DNA from: a virus
Direction: 5' to 3' (one strand)
Length of the DNA stretch: 64,000 nt
IMG/VR virus record: IMGVR_UViG_3300046777_002716
Coordinates: 1 to 64,000 of that record
Numbering within the stretch: the first letter of the stretch is position 1; each line of letters opens with the position of its first letter. A program made the position numbers and the translations under genes. This document shows, piece by piece, positions 7,676 to 12,265 of this stretch. The notes beneath the pieces are model-generated. The model had not been told where the DNA came from. It saw nothing but the letters and a program-made list of their open reading frames with translations, and made no database searches.

Positions 7676-8020
7676 ATGAAATGTGCTTGGCATCTATGTT
7701 TAGAAGAAGCAGTACTTTACAATGGCAGAGGCAAGTTTTGCTCCAAACAATGTAAAAACAAGTATCATGTAGACCAGAGAAGAAAGAAACTCAAGCAAGA
7801 CAGTATAGCATATAAAGGAGGTGCTTGTCAATGTTGTGGTTATAATCGTTCTCACTGGGCATTAGAGTTTCACCATTTAGACCCTAAAGAAAAAGATTTT
7901 CATTTATCTAAAGGTGGTCATACTAGAAGTTGGGAAAAAATCAAAGAAGAATTGGATAAATGTATTCTAGTATGTTCTAACTGCCATTCCGAAATTCATC
8001 ACGGAATTCGTGAATTATAA
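7676..8020 (+). CDS. Free-standing HNH homing endonuclease
   Basis: FCSKQC Zn knuckle; CQCCG...LEFHHLDP...CILVCSNCHSEIH; late promoter TATAAATA at 7644-7651. Confidence 0.85.
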   Translation: MKCAWHLCLEEAVLYNGRGKFCSKQCKNKYHVDQRRKKLKQDSIAYKGGACQCCGYNRSHWALEFHHLDPKEKDFHLSKGGHTRSWEKIKEELDKCILVCSNCHSEIHHGIREL

Positions 8021-8030
8021 TGGAATGTAA

Positions 8031-8073
8031 GGGAAAGGAGTGCTCTTGGGCGAACCCGCAGGATCACTTTCCC
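8031..8073 (-). ncRNA. Hairpin spacer RNA with a UUCG tetraloop
   Basis: GGGAAAG...GGG-TTCG-CCC...CTTTCCC. Confidence 0.4.
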
Positions 8074-8075
8074 GA

Positions 8076-8148
8076 TGGAGAATAGGAGACTCGAACTCCT
8101 GACCTTCGCCTTGCAAAGGCGCTGCTCTACCAACTGAGCTAATTCCCC
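8076..8148 (-). tRNA. tRNA-Ala(TGC)
   Basis: GGGGAAT acceptor with G3-U70; GCGCC-TTTGCAA-GGCGA. Confidence 0.93.
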
Positions 8149-8149
8149 T

Positions 8150-8225
8150 TGGGAGCGAGAGGGTGGAATTGAACCACCTACCTGAGGCTTATGAGACCTC
8201 CGTGCAACCGTTACACCTCTCCGCA
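8150..8225 (-). tRNA. tRNA-Met(CAT), initiator-like, with a bulged acceptor stem
   Basis: GAGGT-CTCATAA-GCCTC; mismatched first pair; one extra nt in the 3' acceptor strand. Confidence 0.75.
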
Positions 8226-8269
8226 ATGCGTTTATGACAATCATAAGGTATATATACCAGATTGTCAAG

Positions 8270-8343
8270 TGCCCGTGATAGGAGTCGAACCTACACTGTA
8301 TGGATTCTAAGTCCACCCTCTCTGCCAGTTGGAGTACACGGGC
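8270..8343 (-). tRNA. tRNA-Leu(TAG), short variable loop
   Basis: GTGGA-CTTAGAA-TCCAT. Confidence 0.88.
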
Positions 8344-8344
8344 A

Positions 8345-8402
8345 AGATGGATTAAGTGTGATATACCTCATAAGGATATAACAGGGACCTAACCTCTATC
8401 TC
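8345..8402 (-). ncRNA. Promoter-proximal hairpin RNA
   Basis: TTGACA-17-TACTAT promoter upstream; GGTTAGGT/ACTTAATC and ATAT(CC)T/AGG-TATAT nested stems. Confidence 0.4.
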
Positions 8403-8437
8403 TTTATATAGTAACAAATTCTAAAGAATTTGTCAAG

Positions 8438-8511
8438 CGTCCTCTGCAGGATTTGAACCTGCGACTTCTTCGTTCGTAGCGAAGCACTCTGTTCCACTGA
8501 GTTAAGAGGAC
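8438..8511 (-). tRNA. tRNA-Arg(ACG)
   Basis: CTTCG-CTACGAA-CGAAG. Confidence 0.92.
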
Positions 8512-8516
8512 AAAGG

Positions 8517-8589
8517 CACCCTCGGTAGGATTCGAACCTACGACTAATCGCTTAGAAGGCGAATACTCTAGCCACTGAGTTACGAGGGC
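8517..8589 (-). tRNA. tRNA-Arg(TCT)
   Basis: TTCGC-CTTCTAA-GCGAT. Confidence 0.9.
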
Positions 8590-8593
8590 ATTT

Positions 8594-8667
8594 TGGCGAA
8601 GGATGAGGGATTTGAACCCCCACTAACAGTTTTGGAGACTGTCGTGCTACCATTACACTAATCCAAC
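8594..8667 (-). tRNA. tRNA-Trp(CCA)
   Basis: ACAGT-CTCCAAA-ACTGT; encoded CCA; two U-U mismatches in the acceptor. Confidence 0.85.
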
Positions 8668-8689
8668 ATAAGTTCCTCAAGATGAGGAA

Positions 8690-8777
8690 TACCAGCCGAG
8701 GGTATCGAACCCTCCCAAAGGCCCTAATCTGGGGCAAATCGCTTATAAGGCGACTCTGAACACCTGTTCTGACTGGC
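8690..8777 (-). tRNA. Atypical tRNA with a TAT (Ile) anticodon, long variable arm and reduced D arm
   Basis: GTCGC-CTTATAA-GCGAT; GCCC-CAGATTA-GGGC extra arm; GAAC-AGGT-GTTC D arm. Confidence 0.75.
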
Positions 8778-8800
8778 GATTATTTACTCATAAAGAGCAA

Positions 8801-8879
8801 TACTCCACCTCAGACTTGAACTGAGAATCCGAAGAAGTAGATTTTGAGTCTACCGCGTTTACCATTTCGCCAGTGGAGC
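8801..8879 (-). tRNA. tRNA-Leu(CAA)
   Basis: GTAGA-CTCAAAA-TCTAC. Confidence 0.9.
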
Positions 8880-8906
8880 GTAATTATACAAACTTTAAGT
8901 TTGCAA

Positions 8907-8979
8907 TACCCGTGGTCGGATTCGAACCGACACTGTAGAGATTTTAAGTCTCCTGTCTCTGCCGTTGGACTACACGGGC
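8907..8979 (-). tRNA. tRNA-Leu(TAA), short variable loop
   Basis: GGAGA-CTTAAAA-TCTCT. Confidence 0.88.
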
Positions 8980-8983
8980 ATAG

Positions 8984-9056
8984 TGCTCGATGAGGGGATC
9001 GAACCCACCTATATCCGATTATGAGTCGGGTGCTTTCACCAGATAGCTAATCGAGC
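8984..9056 (-). tRNA. tRNA with a CAT anticodon (probably Ile2, lysidine type)
   Basis: CCCGA-CTCATAA-TCGGA resembles the bacterial Ile2 anticodon arm. Confidence 0.8.
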
Positions 9057-9065
9057 AGTGTTAGG

Positions 9066-9158
9066 TTTTCAAGGTTCGAAGTGGTCTCTCAACCACCCTC
9101 TTAGAATAACACCAAACCCAGTCTGGGTCAAGTGGGTTGTGCCAGTTTGGGAACTGGC
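9066..9158 (-). promoter_or_regulatory. tRNA-operon promoter with palindrome, boxB-like hairpin and rrn boxA
   Basis: GCCAGTTCCCAAACTGGCAC; TTGACC-17-TATTCT; GTGGT-TGAGAG-ACCAC; GAACCTTGAAAA. Confidence 0.7.
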
Positions 9159-9160
9159 GA

Positions 9161-9234
9161 TGTCCGTGAGAGGATTCGAACCTCCAACACCTACCCCCTC
9201 AAGGTAGTGCCTCTTCCAGTTGGGCTACACGGAC
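9161..9234 (-). tRNA. tRNA-Leu(GAG), short variable loop
   Basis: CTACC-TTGAGGG-GGTAG. Confidence 0.85.
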
Positions 9235-9237
9235 GAG

Positions 9238-9309
9238 TTCCAGAACTAGGATTCGAACCTAGACAAACACAGTCAAAGTGTGTTGACCTGCCAGTTAGTC
9301 GATTCTGGA
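9238..9309 (-). tRNA. tRNA-Gln(TTG)
   Basis: ACACA-CTTTGAC-TGTGT; U1-A72. Confidence 0.88.
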
Positions 9310-9328
9310 TTGAAATGGGATTACCCCA

Positions 9329-9664
9329 TTAGTAATATGAAAATGATGCAGAAGTAGCAGTAGCAGTGTCTGTAGCATCATCATCATCTTGATGTTTACG
9401 ATTTTTAAAATACATAAACAAAGGTGATTTTTCGGTTGGAACTAGTACATCAGACCAAAAAGATTCTCCTGACGAACATTGATAAAGAACATCACCCTCA
9501 TAAGGAATCATAGCAACAGCATTGCAAGAATTGTCTTTAATGTAATTATATTCTTTATAATATACTGGACGATTTTTTGCTGCTTGCATAGCAAACACTG
9601 GTTCACTGATTCCAAAAATAATCAAAAACAGAAAAAATAATTTAATGATAAATTTCATAATCAA
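9329..9664 (-). CDS. Hypothetical secreted protein inside the tRNA array
   Basis: N-terminal signal peptide (..EPVFA|M); two Cys; acidic/Thr-Ala tail. Confidence 0.6.
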   Translation of the reverse strand: MIMKFIIKLFFLFLIIFGISEPVFAMQAAKNRPVYYKEYNYIKDNSCNAVAMIPYEGDVLYQCSSGESFWSDVLVPTEKSPLFMYFKNRKHQDDDDATDTATATSASFSYY

Positions 9665-9697
9665 TTGTAGTTTGTTTATTATCTCAAAAGAGATAAG

Positions 9698-9773
9698 AGT
9701 TCAGGGTGGGATTTGAACCCACGGTGAAAGAAGTTTTGCAGACTTCCGCATTCGACCACTCTGCCACCTGAAC
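9698..9773 (-). tRNA. tRNA-Cys(GCA)
   Basis: GAAGT-CTGCAAA-ACTTC; U73. Confidence 0.9.
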
Positions 9774-9776
9774 ATA

Positions 9777-9849
9777 TGGGTCTGGTGGGGTTTGAACCCA
9801 CAACTTTTCGGTTAAGAGCCGACTACTCTACCAATTGAGTTACAGACCC
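9777..9849 (-). tRNA. tRNA-Lys(CTT)
   Basis: GTCGG-CTCTTAA-CCGAA. Confidence 0.9.
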
Positions 9850-9852
9850 AAG

Positions 9853-9924
9853 AGCCCTTAGTGAGAATCAAACTCACGACCTCATTCTTACCAAGAATGC
9901 GTTCTATCACTGAACTATAAGGGC
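9853..9924 (-). tRNA. tRNA-Thr(GGT)
   Basis: CATTC-TTGGTAA-GAATG; A19/U56 variant. Confidence 0.85.
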
Positions 9925-9926
9925 GG

Positions 9927-9998
9927 GGTGCCATACGAGATTTGAACTCGTCTACCCAGTTTCACAAACTGGTTCCTTAACCACTAGGATAATGGCAC
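9927..9998 (-). tRNA. tRNA-His(GTG)
   Basis: CCAGT-TTGTGAA-ACTGG; C73; no genomic G-1. Confidence 0.85.
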
Positions 9999-9999
9999 A

Positions 10000-10073
10000 T
10001 GGCAGTAGATGGATTTGAACCACCGACCATAGGAATATGAGACCCGTGCTCTACCAAACTGAGCTATACTGCC
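10000..10073 (-). tRNA. tRNA-Met(CAT), elongator-like
   Basis: GGCAGTA acceptor; CTCATAT loop on a weak anticodon stem. Confidence 0.8.
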
Positions 10074-10076
10074 AAA

Positions 10077-10161
10077 CGGAGAGTAGAGGATTCGAACCTC
10101 TGGTGCTGTTACACACAAGACCTTTCCAAGATCTCACCATAAACCACTCGGACAACTCTCC
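10077..10161 (-). tRNA. tRNA-Ser(GGA)
   Basis: AGATC-TTGGAAA-GGTCT; long variable arm. Confidence 0.9.
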
Positions 10162-10165
10162 AAGG

Positions 10166-10254
10166 CGGAAGTGGTTGGATTCGAACCAACGGTGCCGATT
10201 ACTCGACACGGAATCTTAGCAGGATTCTGCGATAAGCCTCTCTGCCACACTTCC
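10166..10254 (-). tRNA. tRNA-Ser(GCT)
   Basis: GAATC-CTGCTAA-GATTC; long variable arm. Confidence 0.9.
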
Positions 10255-10257
10255 AAG

Positions 10258-10350
10258 TTGATAAGGGCACCTGTCCGAATTTAAAGTGCGCTTGGGTCGT
10301 TTAATCCACCGCCGTCACACTAATGTTTGGTGGCGATGGACCCTTATCAA
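10258..10350 (-). ncRNA. Three-way-junction spacer RNA
   Basis: 10-bp closing stem TTGATAAGGG/CCCTTATCAA; TCCATCGCC/GGCGGTGGA; GCACTT/AGGTGC. Confidence 0.6.
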
Positions 10351-10364
10351 ATCCCCGAAGGGAA

Positions 10365-10436
10365 TTGGAACGGTGAGATTTGAACTCACGACTTCTGCGT
10401 TATCAGCACAGCACTCTACCACTGAGTTACATTCCA
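10365..10436 (-). tRNA. tRNA-Ile(GAT)
   Basis: CTGTG-CTGATAA-CGCAG. Confidence 0.9.
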
Positions 10437-10440
10437 TCGA

Positions 10441-10554
10441 AGTAAGAGACACTAGTATCATCTTACCTGTTTCAGTTTTCGGACTGAAAAACCTATCACT
10501 AACCAACCTAAGTTTCATAACGGAGGAAGTGAATCTCCGTGACCATAAAGGTCA
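10441..10554 (-). ncRNA. Multi-hairpin spacer RNA
   Basis: TGACC/GGTCA; ACGGAG/CTCCGT; TTTCAGT/ACTGAAA; GTAAGA/TCTTAC. Confidence 0.45.
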
Positions 10555-10556
10555 AG

Positions 10557-10630
10557 TGGGAACACACAGAATTGAACTGTGACCTCATGTTCTTCAGACA
10601 TACGTGCCGACCAACCTACACCATGTTCCC
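10557..10630 (-). tRNA. tRNA-Phe(GAA)
   Basis: TATGT-CTGAAGA-ACATG. Confidence 0.85.
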
Positions 10631-10635
10631 AAAGT

Positions 10636-10713
10636 TTGGAAATTCAGGAATCGAACCTGTCGGGCAGTAAGGGCGATCAACTCCCCACTTTCCTGTGTTC
10701 CACACATTTCCAA
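10636..10713 (-). ncRNA. tRNA-like RNA (acceptor and T arm, no canonical D or anticodon arm)
   Basis: TTGGAAAT/ATTTCCAA; CAGG-TTCGATT-CCTG; TGTG-GAA-CACA; AGTGGGG/CCTTACT. Confidence 0.6.
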
Positions 10714-10714
10714 G

Positions 10715-10788
10715 TCGGAATGACAGGATTCGAACCTGCGACATCTCGCTCCCAAAGCGAGTGCTCTACCAAACTGAGCTACATTCCG
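10715..10788 (-). tRNA. tRNA-Pro(TGG)
   Basis: CTCGC-TTTGGGA-GCGAG. Confidence 0.93.
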
Positions 10789-10865
10789 TGGTCTGAGAGG
10801 CAGGATTTGAACCTGCGACCTGAGCGTTCCAAACACCCAGCTCTACCAAACTGAGCTACTCCCAG
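10789..10865 (-). tRNA. tRNA-Pro(TGG), third copy, with encoded CCA
   Basis: GGGTG-TTTGGAA-CGCTC; A37 instead of G37. Confidence 0.85.
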
Positions 10866-10868
10866 AGG

Positions 10869-10940
10869 TATTCCTAACGGGATTCGAACCCGTGCTACAA
10901 CCTTGAAAGGGTTGTGACCTAACCGCTAGTCGATAGGAAC
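10869..10940 (-). tRNA. tRNA-Glu(TTC)
   Basis: CAACC-CTTTCAA-GGTTG. Confidence 0.92.
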
Positions 10941-10942
10941 TT

Positions 10943-11118
10943 GAGAGAGGGGTATCCCACACGAAGTTACTTACGGATCACGCTTCGTAGCCTTATGGAT
11001 CCTGCCAGGGTCAATCTGGTGCCTAGGAATCCCTCTCCAATTCCAGTTATCGCTACGTCATTTCTTACCTAACTGGCAACCTTCAGAATGACGTGGAGAT
11101 TCGTACTGATGATCTCCA
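10943..11118 (-). ncRNA. Large double-pseudoknot spacer RNA(s)
   Basis: ACGTCATT/AATGACGT crossed by CCAGTTA/TAACTGG; GGAGAGGG...CCCCTCTC enclosing GGATC/GATCC crossed by ACGAAG/CTTCGT. Confidence 0.6.
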
Positions 11119-11119
11119 A

Positions 11120-11192
11120 CGACCCTATGGGAATTCGAATCCCAGATTCCTACTAGACAGGTAGGCGTGATAGACCACTTCACTATAGGGCC
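11120..11192 (-). tRNA. tRNA-Asp(GTC)
   Basis: CCTAC-CTGTCTA-GTAGG. Confidence 0.88.
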
Positions 11193-11195
11193 ATG

Positions 11196-11268
11196 TTCAC
11201 CCGAGCAGGATTCGAACCTGCATCTCTTTCCATGGAAAGACGACATACCATTAGCCGCATCGGATGAA
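11196..11268 (-). ncRNA. tRNA-like RNA without a 7-nt anticodon loop
   Basis: TTCATCCGA/TCGGGTGAA acceptor; CGGC/GTCG D arm; palindromic TCTTTCCATGGAAAGA; perfect T arm GCAGG-TTCGAAT-CCTGC. Confidence 0.7.
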
Positions 11269-11270
11269 GG

Positions 11271-11361
11271 TGGGAGAGGAGGGAATCGAACCCCCGATGG
11301 TTCTTATGTAACGGTTTTACAGACCGCCGCCACACATATTGCCGACAGTAGCCACTCTCCC
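11271..11361 (-). tRNA. tRNA-Tyr(GTA) with an enlarged D loop
   Basis: GCGGT-CTGTAAA-ACCGT; long variable region. Confidence 0.85.
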
Positions 11362-11399
11362 AAATAGTTTATATTTAACGACCGAACTAAAACGGTCAA

Positions 11400-11471
11400 T
11401 GGGTCTGGTGGGATTTGAACCCACAACTTCCAGGTTAAAAGCCCGTTACTCTACCGTTGAGTTACAGACCC
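11400..11471 (-). tRNA. tRNA-Lys(TTT)
   Basis: ACGGG-CTTTTAA-CCTGG; body nearly identical to tRNA-Lys(CTT). Confidence 0.9.
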
Positions 11472-11485
11472 ATAAAAGGTTTAGA

Positions 11486-11668
11486 TTGTCAAGGTGCGAT
11501 TGTCACTGGAAGATAATGTTTTATCCAGAGGCCCAAGATAAATCTTAGGACTTAGACTGATGCTAGAAGCAGAGCAGTGACTTGTGGTGGTCTCTCAACC
11601 ACCCTTTAAGAATACCACTCTGTCCGTTAGGGGTCAAGTGGGTTGTGACACTTAGAGAACTGTCACAA
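11486..11668 (-). promoter_or_regulatory. Main tRNA-operon early promoter with palindrome, boxB-like hairpin, structured insert and boxA
   Basis: TTGTGACAGTT..AAGTGTCACAA; TTGACC-17-TATTCT; GTGGT-TGAGAG-ACCAC; GCACCTTGACAA. Confidence 0.7.
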
Positions 11669-11673
11669 GCAAC

Positions 11674-11708
11674 AAAAAAGGGGAGGAAACTTTTGGTTTC
11701 TCTCCCCT
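11674..11708 (-). terminator. Attenuator terminator upstream of the tRNA array
   Basis: AGGGGAG-A-GAAAC-CAAAA-GTTTC-CTCCCCT-TTTTT; its 5' arm is also complementary to CTCCCCTGT in the leader ORF. Confidence 0.85.
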
Positions 11709-11732
11709 GTCTTTTTGCTTTTATGGCAGTTA

Positions 11733-11834
11733 CTACATCTGACCTACCATACTCGCAAACAGGGGAGCACCCTCAATATGCCAATAGCGGCAATCGAGAA
11801 TACTAAACTGTTTTGTGGGCATTGGGTAAGACAT
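11733..11834 (-). CDS. Putative attenuator leader peptide MSYPMPTKQFSILDCRYWHIEGAPLFASMVGQM (33 aa)
   Basis: Late promoter TATAAATA at 11856-11863, AGGT SD-like site, ATG at 11834, tandem TAG TAA; overlaps the antiterminator. Confidence 0.75.
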   Translation of the reverse strand: MSYPMPTKQFSILDCRYWHIEGAPLFASMVGQM

Positions 11835-11887
11835 TGTTTTCGACCTAAGTGTTATTATTTATAATACTTTTATTTTTAAAAGTCAAG

Positions 11888-11962
11888 CGTCTCAGGTTGG
11901 ATTCGAACCAACGACTCACGCTTTAGAAGAGCGTTACTCTAATTCCACTGAGTTACTGAGAC
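11888..11962 (-). tRNA. tRNA-Arg(TCT), second copy
   Basis: ACGCT-CTTCTAA-AGCGT. Confidence 0.9.
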
Positions 11963-11967
11963 AAGAG

Positions 11968-12042
11968 ACCTCCTGGTTTGTGCATCGTTGAGAGGCATAG
12001 GAGGGGAAGGACTTATGCGAAGTTTGGACCTCCGCCGCCTAT
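11968..12042 (-). ncRNA. Promoter-proximal structured RNA
   Basis: TTGACA (12072-12077)-17-TATAAT (12049-12054); GCGGAG/CTTCGC and CCTCCT/AGGAGG stems. Confidence 0.4.
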
Positions 12043-12073
12043 GAGGATATTATAGGGTATCAGGAGCGGCGTG

Positions 12074-12265
12074 TCAACCCTTTGCTTCCTTACGGGCGTT
12101 ACGCTCCTCAGTAATCTCGCCTCTACGTGCCTTGACGAGTTTGGCAACTTCCTGAAGTGCCTTACGGGCACGGGTGCCTGCTGCGTTGTTTCCACCAGCA
12201 AACTTTTCGTCTTCTACTTTCCAAGCTTCAACAGCATCAAGTAGTTGTTGTGATGTTTCAGACAT
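12074..12265 (-). CDS. Histone H1-like (Hc1-type) small basic protein
   Basis: EKFAGGNNAAGTRARKALQEVAKLVKARR motif; GGAG SD before MSETS. Confidence 0.65.
   Translation of the reverse strand: MSETSQQLLDAVEAWKVEDEKFAGGNNAAGTRARKALQEVAKLVKARRGEITEERNARKEAKG

Noticed and set aside
11095-11145. Hammerhead ribozyme suggested by CTGATGA on the plus strand
   Set aside because: There is no correctly placed GAAA or stem II/III, and it is on the strand opposite the tRNA operon.
7236-11471. HDV-like theta ribozymes at tRNA 3' ends, tmRNA or RNase P RNA
   Set aside because: No spacer showed the nested P1/P1.1/P3 pattern by eye, and the spacers are too short for tmRNA or rnpB. A covariance search is still advisable.
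7999-11806. Short track ORFs over the tRNA region (for example 7999-8316, 8552-8737, 10286-10582, 10579-10854, 11582-11806)
   Set aside because: They overlap clear tRNA cloverleafs or regulatory RNA and are chance frames in GC-richer structural RNA.
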